A DNA stretch of 64,000 nt, taken from NCBI GenBank assembly GCA_013336225.1, contig JAAXUC010000004.1, positions 32,421-96,420 on the forward strand, in the 5' to 3' direction. Below the pieces are notes generated by a model. The model searched no databases. It was not told where the DNA came from and was given only the letters and a program-made list of their open reading frames with translations. Source of the DNA: Candidatus Moraniibacteriota bacterium (GTDB lineage Bacteria; Patescibacteriota; Minisyncoccia; Moranbacterales; GWC2-37-73). Of this stretch, positions 1 through 8,120 are shown piece after piece (the first letter of the stretch is position 1; each line of letters begins with the position of its first letter). A program made the position numbers and the translations under genes.

Positions 1-225
1 TTCTATTGGGATAGTAGTGCGCTATTTTTGTCGCCGGATGCAAAGGCAATTTTCTTTGTGGATGAGTTGGATGAAATTGTGGATGAAACAGTTTTGGCCA
101 ATGCGGAAAATTCAACAGATGAGCCGACTGTTACATATGTCAACATGCTCAAAAAAATTGATCTTGAAAATGGCAAAGTGGTGAGTCAAATAACTTCCGG
201 CAATGGTTTGAGTCTGAAGAAATAG
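1..225 (+). CDS. 3' end of a hypothetical protein that starts before the window
   Basis: Frame 1 is open from base 1 to TAG at 223-225, followed by a bidirectional terminator. Confidence 0.6.
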   Translation, partial: FYWDSSALFLSPDAKAIFFVDELDEIVDETVLANAENSTDEPTVTYVNMLKKIDLENGKVVSQITSGNGLSLKK

Positions 226-248
226 CTAATAGTTAAAGTTAGCCAATA

Positions 249-278
249 AAAAAAGAAGTCCTTTGGGGACTTCTTTTT
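249..278. terminator. Bidirectional intrinsic terminator between convergent genes
   Basis: aaaaagaagtcc-tttg-gggacttctttt hairpin with A-tract and T-tract. Confidence 0.8.
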
Positions 279-295
279 GAATATTTTGGCAAAAT

Positions 296-550
296 TTACT
301 TCACTTCTTTTTTCACACGTTCTTTCTTGGGAGCAACTTTCTTGGCTGCAGATTTCTCAGCCAATTTTTTGAAGCGATCAACTCGTCCAGTGGTGTCGAG
401 AACTTTCTTCTTACCAGTGTAAAAAGGATGACAGGCTGAGCAAATTTCAACGCTCATTTCTTTGATTGTTGCGCCAGTCTCAAGGACTGCTCCGCAAGAA
501 CATTTGATTTTTGCGTCGCTGTGATATTCTGGGTGAATTTTCTTTTTCAT
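296..550 (-). CDS. rpmE: 50S ribosomal protein L31 (Zn-binding type)
   Basis: [29 protein letters not shown] motifs. Confidence 0.97.
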   Translation of the reverse strand: MKKKIHPEYHSDAKIKCSCGAVLETGATIKEMSVEICSACHPFYTGKKKVLDTTGRVDRFKKLAEKSAAKKVAPKKERVKKEVK

Positions 551-613
551 ATAGTCTAGGAATTACAAATGTGTAAATTAAGTACCTAAATACTCTATCA
601 TAGTGTTTGGAAA

Positions 614-642
614 TTGACAAGGGGCAGGGCCTACGCTATAAT
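614..642 (+). promoter_or_regulatory. Sigma70-type promoter of rpsB-tsf
   Basis: TTGACA (614-619), 17 nt spacer, TATAAT (637-642). Confidence 0.8.
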
Positions 643-826
643 AACTCTTGTATTACTAATTAACAAAAAAGCATACTTTTTCTGACCAGTCCTGTCCTGA
701 TAAATTGGGATTTCTGGCCATTTTAAAGGAAAAGTAGGTGATCAGGTCACTATTTGTGGTTTGATATAAAGGAAACGCCGGAAGCCAAATTGCCTCATTT
801 CGGGGAGGTTTGGTGGGCAAAAAAAC

Positions 827-1588
827 ATGCAAAACGACGAAACAAAGGTTGCCGGCGAGGCAATCGTGGAAAAAGAAGGGCGAGAAAGCTATTTCGCTTC
901 TGTTGATGTGTCCAAAATTGAACAAAGCTTGGAAGAAATGATGAAAGCTGGTGTGCATTTTGGTCATCAAAAAGCTCGCAGAAACCCAAAAATGGATGAA
1001 TACATCTTCACCACCCGCAAAGGAATCAACATTATTGATCTTCAAAAGACTCAAGAAAAAATCCAAGAAGCTCTTGATTTTCTTGTGAGTGTGAAAAAAA
1101 GCGGTAAAAGCATCTTGTTTGTGGGGACAAAAATTCAAGCCAAGGAACTTGTGCGAGATGTGGCTGAAACTTTGCAAATGCCGTTTGTTTGCGAAAGATG
1201 GCTTGGTGGAACATTTACAAACTTCAAAGTTATTCGCGGACGCACACGTTATTTAGTTGACAGTGAAGGAATGCTTGCACGCGGAGAATTCAAGAAATAT
1301 ACCAAATTTGAGCAAATGAAGAAAATGGAAGAATTGGAGAAAATGGAAAAACGCATGGGAGGAATCAAGAATATGGCAGATCTTCCAGGAGTTGTGTTTG
1401 CTGCCAGCATCAAGGAAGACAATTTGGCCATCACTGAAGCCAAGAAAATGGGGATTCCTGTGATCGCAATTGCTGATACCAACATTGATCCATCGCAAAT
1501 TGATTTTCCAATCCCAGCTAATGATGATGCAATCTCATCTCTTAAACTTATCCTAACTTATATCTTCAAGGCAATTAAAGAAGCATAA
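827..1588 (+). CDS. rpsB: 30S ribosomal protein S2
   Basis: AGVHFGH, RWLGGTFTNF, IADTN, PANDDA motifs; followed by tsf. Confidence 0.98.
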   Translation: MQNDETKVAGEAIVEKEGRESYFASVDVSKIEQSLEEMMKAGVHFGHQKARRNPKMDEYIFTTRKGINIIDLQKTQEKIQEALDFLVSVKKSGKSILFVGTKIQAKELVRDVAETLQMPFVCERWLGGTFTNFKVIRGRTRYLVDSEGMLARGEFKKYTKFEQMKKMEELEKMEKRMGGIKNMADLPGVVFAASIKEDNLAITEAKKMGIPVIAIADTNIDPSQIDFPIPANDDAISSLKLILTYIFKAIKEA

Positions 1589-1595
1589 TAAAAAT

Positions 1596-1705
1596 AAATT
1601 TTTAATTTTTAATTTTTAATTTTTAATCAAATCTGAATGTCTCAATGTTTAATGATTTAAGCATTTGAAAATTCATTTCAAATTTCAAATTTCAAATTTC
1701 AAATT
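1596..1705. repeat. Heptamer tandem/inverted intergenic element, family A copy 1
   Basis: (aattttt)n left arm, core aatcaaatctgaatgtctcaatgtttaa, (atttcaa)n right arm. Confidence 0.75.
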
Positions 1706-1717
1706 ATTGGTATTACT

Positions 1718-2296
1718 ATGTTTGAACTAGTAAAAAAAATCAGAGAGCGCACTGGTGCTGGTATGGTTGCAATCAAAAAAGCAGTTGATGAAGCTGGTGG
1801 CGATGAAGAAAAAGCCATTGAAATTCTGCGCAAGCAAGGACAAAGCAAAGCAGCCAAAAAGGCTGATCGCGCTGCAAATGAAGGAGTTGTGGTTTCATAT
1901 GTTCATTCCAACAACAAAGTTGGGGCATTAGTGAAAGTTCTTTGCGAAACTGATTTTGTTGCTCGCAATGAGGAATTCATTGCTTTTGCTAAAGATATCG
2001 CAATGCACATCACTGCTATGAGTCCAAAATTCATCAAACCTGAAGATATGCCAATAGAGGTTGTTGAAAAAGAAAAGGAAATTTGGCGCGCGCTTTTGGC
2101 TAGTGAAGGAAAACCTGCTGACATGGTTGAAAAAATCATGGCAGGAAAGGAAAAGAAATTCAGAGAGGAATCAGCTTTGCTCACTCAACCTTTTGTCAAA
2201 AATCCCGAAATTACGATCGGTGAAATGATTGTGGAGAAGATTGGAAAGATGGGAGAGAACATTCAGATTGGTGAAATTTCTCGCATCGAATTGTAA
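1718..2296 (+). CDS. tsf: Elongation factor Ts (short form)
   Basis: IRERTGAGM, CETDFVARN, LLTQPFVK motifs. Confidence 0.97.
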   Translation: MFELVKKIRERTGAGMVAIKKAVDEAGGDEEKAIEILRKQGQSKAAKKADRAANEGVVVSYVHSNNKVGALVKVLCETDFVARNEEFIAFAKDIAMHITAMSPKFIKPEDMPIEVVEKEKEIWRALLASEGKPADMVEKIMAGKEKKFREESALLTQPFVKNPEITIGEMIVEKIGKMGENIQIGEISRIEL

Positions 2297-2346
2297 TTTA
2301 GTGGTGGATTGTTGATCAAGAGAAATTAACTATAGGCAAAAGCAAT

Positions 2347-3123
2347 ATGTATAAATATTCAGTTCGTGTGTATAGTTGGGAACCGGCAAGGATTTGCAAG
2401 AGTGATCTTGAATTGCACCCTGGCGACGCTATTGTTGTGAAAGAAGATATGTGCAATGAAATTGCATATATTGAAGATGGTGGAGGAATTGTGATGAAGG
2501 AGAGAAATACAACAATTGCACGCCGAGCAACCGAAAGGGATCTGGAAATGCTTGCAAAAAATATTGAGAAAAAGAATGAAATCTTGAAATTGAGCAAGAT
2601 TGAAATCAAGCGTCTTTTGCTCAACATGAAGCTGGTTGATGTGCATATCAGTCTTGATGGGAGTAATGCTGTGATTCTTTTCACGGCAGATGAGCGCGTG
2701 GATTTTAGAGAGTTGGTGAAGAACCTTTCCAAGATTTTTCATCGAAGCGTGCGCATGCATCAAGTTGGTTCTCGCGATGAGGCCAGGAAGCTTGGTGGTT
2801 GTGGAGTTTGCGGACGGGATCTTTGCTGCTTGCGTTTCCCAGGCAGTTTGCCGAGCATCTCAATTGACATGGCACGCGTGCAGCAAGTCGCACACAGAGG
2901 CAGTGAGAGGATCTCTGGCGTCTGTGGACGTTTAATGTGCTGTCTTTCATATGAAGCTGCTCAATATCAGCAGATGTCAGTAGGCATGCCGGAAGTGCGA
3001 AGTCATGTAAAGATGCGTGAAGGAAAAGGCGAGGTCATTGAATTGAACATATTAACTGGAGATGTTAAGATAAGAATGGCTGATGGGACAATTGTGGTTG
3101 TGAAGAAAGAAGCCCTACTCTAA
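2347..3123 (+). CDS. PSP1-domain RicT/YaaT-family protein
   Basis: FTADERVDFRELVK, RDEARKLGGCGVCGRDLCC, ISGVCGRLMCCLSYE motifs. Confidence 0.9.
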   Translation: MYKYSVRVYSWEPARICKSDLELHPGDAIVVKEDMCNEIAYIEDGGGIVMKERNTTIARRATERDLEMLAKNIEKKNEILKLSKIEIKRLLLNMKLVDVHISLDGSNAVILFTADERVDFRELVKNLSKIFHRSVRMHQVGSRDEARKLGGCGVCGRDLCCLRFPGSLPSISIDMARVQQVAHRGSERISGVCGRLMCCLSYEAAQYQQMSVGMPEVRSHVKMREGKGEVIELNILTGDVKIRMADGTIVVVKKEALL

Positions 3124-3151
3124 ATTTTTTTCAAAATTATCCTCAAACAGA

Positions 3152-3811
3152 ATGTTGAATTATATTTTGCCGCCAATCATAATTGTTATCAGCATTTCAA
3201 TTTTGATAATGTTTCTTTTTCGCAAGGCTGCGCAAATTCCAGCGGGGGAGTTTGCCGTTGATGAGGACAATGGAAGAAATCATGAAAAAAATGCCACCAA
3301 GATGATGTCAGGGCTTGGGCAATTCGGCTTGAAAATCTTGGAAAGATTAATGCATCATTCGAAACTGCTTTCACTCAAATTTCACAATGTGAGCAATGTG
3401 TGGTTTCAGACAATTCGCGAAAAAAGAAAGCAAAGCGCGCAATTGCAAAAGGACAGGCAAGCTCAGCAGGAGGAGCAAGTAGCATTTTCTCGAAAGAGCA
3501 ATCTCAATGTTGATGTGCAAGCCGACAGCCTTGTTTTGCAAGAAAGGCAAACATTGAGGCCAATGGTGCGATCAACCATGACAATGCCGCAAAAGAATAA
3601 TGCCAAAGAAAAGAATCAGTTGGAGGACACTTTGATAAAAAGAATCGCCATCAATCCTAAGGATATTGAAGCTTATGAGCGATTAGGGGATTATTATCTG
3701 GAAAGTGAGAATTTTGGCGATTCATTGGAATGCTTTAAGCAAGTGCTGAAATTGAGCCCAGCTCATCACAAAGCCAGGCTGCGAATTAGAAGACTTGAAA
3801 AATTGAAATAG
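3152..3811 (+). CDS. Membrane-anchored protein with C-terminal TPR repeat
   Basis: N-terminal TM helix; NPKDIEAYERLGDYY...ECFKQVLKLSP TPR pattern. Confidence 0.8.
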   Translation: MLNYILPPIIIVISISILIMFLFRKAAQIPAGEFAVDEDNGRNHEKNATKMMSGLGQFGLKILERLMHHSKLLSLKFHNVSNVWFQTIREKRKQSAQLQKDRQAQQEEQVAFSRKSNLNVDVQADSLVLQERQTLRPMVRSTMTMPQKNNAKEKNQLEDTLIKRIAINPKDIEAYERLGDYYLESENFGDSLECFKQVLKLSPAHHKARLRIRRLEKLK

Positions 3812-3834
3812 ATAGTATAGAATAAAAAGATATT

Positions 3835-3906
3835 GCCACCCTAGCTCAACGGTAGAGCTACTGTTTTGTAAACAGTAGGTTATCGGTTCAAATCCGGTGG
3901 GTGGCT
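3835..3906 (+). tRNA. trnT: tRNA-Thr(TGT)
   Basis: Acceptor GCCACCC/GGGTGGC, anticodon arm ACTGT-TTTGTAA-ACAGT, T loop TTCAAAT. Confidence 0.95.
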
Positions 3907-3916
3907 CATAAATGGA

Positions 3917-4019
3917 AAATTTCGAATTATGAATTTTGAATTTCGAATGAATTGTTGATGTTTTAAACATTTTGTCATTGGAAATTTTTTAAAAATTAAA
4001 AATTGGAAATTGAAAATTT
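3917..4019 (-). repeat. Family A heptamer element copy 2 (inverted orientation)
   Basis: Reverse complement contains aatgacaaaatgtttaaaa core between gaatttt/aaaattg heptamer arms. Confidence 0.7.
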
Positions 4020-4043
4020 GAGCCCGTAAGGGCGATGCATTTC

Positions 4044-4126
4044 GGGTAGTTACCAAAGCGGTCAACTGGATCTGGCTGTAAACCAGACGGCGTAAGCCTT
4101 CGGGGGTTCGAGTCCCTCACTGCCCA
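4044..4126 (+). tRNA. trnY: tRNA-Tyr(GTA)
   Basis: Acceptor GGGTAGT/ACTGCCC, anticodon arm TCTGG-CTGTAAA-CCAGA, long variable arm. Confidence 0.95.
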
Positions 4127-4360
4127 CATATGATATTTTAAAGACACCCTTTTGGGTGTCTTTAAAATTTTATTTGTAGTGGGCAGTGAGGGACTCGAAC
4201 GGGTCGAAGTGAGCTAGAAATTTTCAGTAGAAAATTCGCAGCGAACGCCGATGAATGAGAGCGTGCGAGCATTCAGCGCGACCCTGGGCAAGGAGCGAAG
4301 GCGACGCGTAAATCCCTCACTCTTTGTGCAGTGAGGAACTCGAACCGGCAGAAGCGAGCA
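4127..4360. repeat. tRNA-linked structured repeat with antisense copies of the tRNA-Tyr 3' end
   Basis: 4179-4200 is the exact reverse complement of 4106-4127; second copy 4328-4345; 38-nt core 4242-4279 identical to 57844-57881. Confidence 0.85.
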
Positions 4361-4494
4361 TTAAGCAAAGGCGAGATGGGTGCAGGAATATGACTTAAAT
4401 ACGTGATATTTCAGCTATGGACAAAAATCCAATAAAGCCTTATACTGCTTGATAGTTGCTGATTTCAGTATCTAATCCATATCGCTACCAAAAT

Positions 4495-4567
4495 GCCGTT
4501 GTAGCTCAGTTGGTAGAGCACATCCTTGGTAGGGATGAGGTCTGCGGTCCGATTCCGCACAACGGCT
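4495..4567 (+). tRNA. trnT: tRNA-Thr(GGT)
   Basis: Acceptor GCCGTTG/CAACGGC, anticodon arm CATCC-TTGGTAG-GGATG; T loop TCCGATT is atypical. Confidence 0.9.
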
Positions 4568-4659
4568 CAGGTTTGATAAATTAAAAGATTTTAAAATAAG
4601 TTTCTATTTTCATTGTTTTAAGCCAGAAACAAATGAACATATGAACTAATGACAATTGT

Positions 4660-4824
4660 ATGGCAACAAAGACAAAGGAGAATTTAGTGAAACTTAAATG
4701 CAGTGAATGCAAAGAGATCAACTATTACACTTCAAGAAATAAGAAGAAGATCAAAGAAAAGCTTGAGCTCAACAAGTATTGCAAAAAATGTCGCAAGCAC
4801 ACTGAACATAAGGAAATGAAATAA
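4660..4824 (+). CDS. rpmG: 50S ribosomal protein L33 (not in ORF track)
   Basis: Manual translation [54 protein letters not shown]; precedes tRNA-Trp. Confidence 0.96.
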   Translation: MATKTKENLVKLKCSECKEINYYTSRNKKKIKEKLELNKYCKKCRKHTEHKEMK

Positions 4825-4828
4825 CCTT

Positions 4829-4857
4829 TAAAGGGGCGGGTTTTCCCCGCCCCTTTA
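4829..4857 (+). terminator. GC-rich hairpin between rpmG and tRNA-Trp
   Basis: taaaggggcggg ... cccgccccttta inverted repeat. Confidence 0.55.
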
Positions 4858-4862
4858 TATTT

Positions 4863-4933
4863 GCGGGATTCGTATAGTGGTAGTACGTCGGTCTCCAAAA
4901 CCGTTGGCGTAGGTTCGATTCCTACATCCCGTG
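4863..4933 (+). tRNA. trnW: tRNA-Trp(CCA)
   Basis: Acceptor GCGGGAT/ATCCCGT, anticodon loop CTCCAAA, T loop TTCGATT. Confidence 0.93.
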
Positions 4934-5096
4934 CATGCAGCAATAAAAACAGATACTTAATTAAATTAGGTACCTGTTTTTATTTATTGTTAACATTCTT
5001 TTTTTGTATCAGTTTATTTTGATTATATTTTGTTTGGATAATATGCTAGGATGAATTTTGGGTGAATTATTCTAAGAAAATATCAAAATAAAAATA

Positions 5097-6455
5097 ATGA
5101 AAAAAATATTGGCAATCGGTTGTGGAGGAGCTGGCATGTTCAGCGGCATTGTTGCAACTCAGCTCAAAAAAGAAAAATTTGAGGCCATTGCACTTTCTGA
5201 GGAAGCTGACATCTATTGTCGTTGCAGCACCCCTTATGTTTTGACGGGGGAAGCCAAGCTGGCAGATGCGATTCAATCTGACAGCATGGCTGGAGATTAT
5301 GGTGTCAAGGTTGTGCATGAAAAAGCCTTGAAAATAAACACTAATAAGAAAGAGGTCTATACCGACAAGGGAAATACTTTCGAGTATGATTATTTGGTTA
5401 TCTCCACTGGTGCAACTCCCGTTAGCCCAAAAATAAAGGGTATAAATCTTGAAAAAATATATACAGTCAGAACCAGCAACGACGTTGAAAAAATCAAAGC
5501 GACACTTGGAAAAGCCAAAAGCGCTCTTGTTATTGGCGCTGGTGTTATTGGAATTGAAATGGCTGGATCTCTTGCCGCCAATGGTTTGGAAGTGGTTTTG
5601 GTTGAAGCAAATTCTTCGATTTCAAATAGTCTTGCTGATTTGGAATTTTCTGAAAAAATCACTAAGCATCTGCAGGCAAATAAAATTGAAGTTCTTTTTA
5701 ATACCAAGGTTTCTGAAATAAAGGAAAATAAAACGAAACAAAAAGAGATTGCTGTGGTGACCAATCGCAAAAAAAGAATCATTACAGCTGATTTGATTGT
5801 TGTGGCGGCAGGCGTGAGGCCTAATTTAGATGTAATTGCTGGCACGAAAATCAAAGCCAATGAAAAGGGAATCATTGTGGATGACAGAATGCGAACTAAT
5901 ATTGCCGATGTCTATGCCTGTGGAGATTGCTGTGTGTCTCCCTCGGCAATTACGGGAGAACTGAGACCTAGTCCATTGGCCAGTACTGCCATTCAGCAAG
6001 CCAAGATTGTTGGATTTCAAATTGCTGGTTTTCCGATAAAATATAACGGCTCAACAGGAGCTTTTGCTTTTCAAACGCTGGGCAAAGAATTTGCAGGTGT
6101 GGGACTCACTGAAACAGAAGCGCGCAAAAAATTCAAATGGGTGATAACTGGAACAGCCATGACCACTGATATTTATAAGGATTTGACGGTGGCAAAAGAT
6201 CTTGAAGTTAAACTCATCTTTGCAGGACCAATGATGAGATTGGTTGGATATCAAGCCTTTGGAAATGGGGTGATTGCTTCGGCTGAGGTTGCAAGTTTTG
6301 CAATTGGGCTGCGTTTGAACATTTTGAAAATGCTGAAATTTAATTATATCGCACATCCCAGTATGACAGCTTGGCCTTTTATGAATCCAATCATCATGGC
6401 CACGGAAGATGCGATGAGCAAGATTATGGAAAAAGTGAAAAGATTTTTCAAGTAA
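5097..6455 (+). CDS. FAD-dependent pyridine nucleotide-disulfide oxidoreductase (NADH oxidase/CoA-disulfide reductase family)
   Basis: GCGGAG FAD motif, LVISTGA, IGAGVIGIE NAD motif, TNIADVYACGD. Confidence 0.9.
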   Translation: MKKILAIGCGGAGMFSGIVATQLKKEKFEAIALSEEADIYCRCSTPYVLTGEAKLADAIQSDSMAGDYGVKVVHEKALKINTNKKEVYTDKGNTFEYDYLVISTGATPVSPKIKGINLEKIYTVRTSNDVEKIKATLGKAKSALVIGAGVIGIEMAGSLAANGLEVVLVEANSSISNSLADLEFSEKITKHLQANKIEVLFNTKVSEIKENKTKQKEIAVVTNRKKRIITADLIVVAAGVRPNLDVIAGTKIKANEKGIIVDDRMRTNIADVYACGDCCVSPSAITGELRPSPLASTAIQQAKIVGFQIAGFPIKYNGSTGAFAFQTLGKEFAGVGLTETEARKKFKWVITGTAMTTDIYKDLTVAKDLEVKLIFAGPMMRLVGYQAFGNGVIASAEVASFAIGLRLNILKMLKFNYIAHPSMTAWPFMNPIIMATEDAMSKIMEKVKRFFK

Positions 6456-6531
6456 ACATTTCATTTTAAATGCAAAATTAAAAGCGCTTGAATTTTTCAA
6501 GCGCTTTTTGTTGTGAGAGTGTCTTTTGTGA

Positions 6532-6750
6532 TTATATTGCTTTTTGCAACAGTGTTTCAATGTAATCAGTGGTGAAGCAGCAACCATCGCACATGATTTT
6601 GCCAAGAAGGCACTTGTTTACATGTGAGATTATCTCCTTGGCTTCTCTGGCTGACTGCACTCCGACCATAGCATCGACATTTTCGATTTTGGTTTGATCG
6701 ATGTCGACCTTGCCTCGAAAACCCAATGGGTTCAGGGCTTGCCCTGGGGT
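6532..6750 (-). pseudogene. Possible 5'-truncated coding remnant
   Basis: About 70 open codons with protein-like composition just past the transglycosylase stop; the only upstream start overlaps that gene. Confidence 0.25.
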
Positions 6751-6751
6751 A

Positions 6752-7960
6752 TTAAGACTCTTTGATTTCAGCAATGCGTTCAAAAATGGCATTGCAGCGG
6801 GCAGCATAATTCAGATTTTCTCCAATGCCGGCAATTTTTTGAGCAAAGATTTTGCGCTTGTTTTCTTCATTAATAGGAATAAGTAGTGATTTGCCTTTCA
6901 TGATTTTGCTTTTTTCATTCAGGTGATTGTGCGCAAGCAAAGCAGGCAAATTCATATGATATTTCTCAGCAATTTTTCCCAGCGTTTCTCCTGCCTTGAT
7001 GGTGTGCAAAAGATTTTTGCTGTTTTTGATTTCACTGCGCGTGTCATTGGCAAGATCGGAAAGATGAGACAAAAAACCTTCAAAAGTGATCACTTCTCCA
7101 TGCTTATATGCTCCATTGAGATATTTCCAAGCAAAGCCACCATTATAGGCTGAAAGCGCAATGTTCCAATCCTGGGAAACTTTGTAGAGATCTTTGAGTA
7201 GCTTGGCCGCAGCTTGGCCGCTGCGCAAAGCGTTGGTGCGCTCATCATTTTTTCCATTGACTTTCAAGCCATATTTTTTTCCAGTGTCGGCAGTGATTTG
7301 ATACGGTCCCACAGCGCCCACGGGGGAATGCGCATCAAGCTTGAAATGCGATTCAGGAATGGCAAGATAGGCCAGATGCGCTGGGATTCCTTCTTTGATG
7401 AAAATATCTTTAAGTTTATTTTCCCAAGGCGCCATTCTTTTGAGTCCAGAGCTGAGCGAATCTTTTAAGTTGGGATTTTCTTTATATCCATCTTTCCAAT
7501 ATTTTTTCAAACTCGCCGTGGTTTCCTGATCAAAAGCAAATTTTCCTGGATGATCATAATCCAGCACTTGAGCAATTGAAAGACTTTGTTGTTCTTGCTT
7601 GGGTGTCGTTTCAACCTCACTTTTTTCAACTGCTGCGGCACTTTCTTTCGTTTGCTCTGAAGTTACTTCTTTGGCGGCTGTAAATTTTTGAAACAATTTC
7701 AAAAGTTGCGATGCTGGCTTGGTTTGACTGGCAATGGCGGTGCCCAAAATGGCAGCGCCACCCAGCAGAAACATCCGCCTTTGCTTGTCAGCAACTTCAT
7801 CATCCAAATCAATGACATCATCCTCAATTGAATTATATGAATTGCTTTGTTGCTCCTTTTTGCCTAACCATTTCAAAAGATTGAATGATTTTTCTTGAGC
7901 GTTGTTTTGATTTTTGATTGAAGATATCTTGGGCGCAAAATCTTTTTCCATGATGTTCAT
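6752..7960 (-). CDS. Lytic transglycosylase (SLT/MltD-like) with LysM domain
   Basis: LAIPESHF catalytic Glu, GAVGPYQI, ALSAYNGG; LysM HTIKAGETLGKIAEKY. Confidence 0.9.
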   Translation of the reverse strand: MNIMEKDFAPKISSIKNQNNAQEKSFNLLKWLGKKEQQSNSYNSIEDDVIDLDDEVADKQRRMFLLGGAAILGTAIASQTKPASQLLKLFQKFTAAKEVTSEQTKESAAAVEKSEVETTPKQEQQSLSIAQVLDYDHPGKFAFDQETTASLKKYWKDGYKENPNLKDSLSSGLKRMAPWENKLKDIFIKEGIPAHLAYLAIPESHFKLDAHSPVGAVGPYQITADTGKKYGLKVNGKNDERTNALRSGQAAAKLLKDLYKVSQDWNIALSAYNGGFAWKYLNGAYKHGEVITFEGFLSHLSDLANDTRSEIKNSKNLLHTIKAGETLGKIAEKYHMNLPALLAHNHLNEKSKIMKGKSLLIPINEENKRKIFAQKIAGIGENLNYAARCNAIFERIAEIKES

Positions 7961-8020
7961 TTAAGTAGGTTAATTTCTTTCTCTGATTATAGCAGGATAA
8001 TCAATTTCCTGCGATGCAAT

Positions 8021-8093
8021 TTGTCATTCCCGTGAAAACGGGAATCCAGGGCTAGGCATCACTCTGGATCCCCAGTCAAGCTGAGGATGACAA
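8021..8093. repeat. REP-like palindromic element (GTCATTCCCG..CGGGAATCC type)
   Basis: ttgtcat...atgacaa ends; internal ATTCCC-N8-GGGAAT; atccag...ctggat. Confidence 0.75.
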
Positions 8094-8120
8094 AAAATAT
8101 TTAGTGTCATATGAATTTTG

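Noticed and set aside
656-1498. Antisense and alternate-frame ORFs over rpsB, and similar shadow ORFs throughout the track
   Set aside because: They lie opposite or within well-supported genes and lack motifs or start signals
4179-4345. Additional minus-strand tRNA genes
   Set aside because: Only the T-arm and acceptor 3' strand are present; there is no D or anticodon arm
4863-4933. Recoded genetic code (TGA read as Gly or Trp)
   Set aside because: The tRNA-Trp anticodon is CCA, long genes translate fully in code 11, and pgk and others end in TGA
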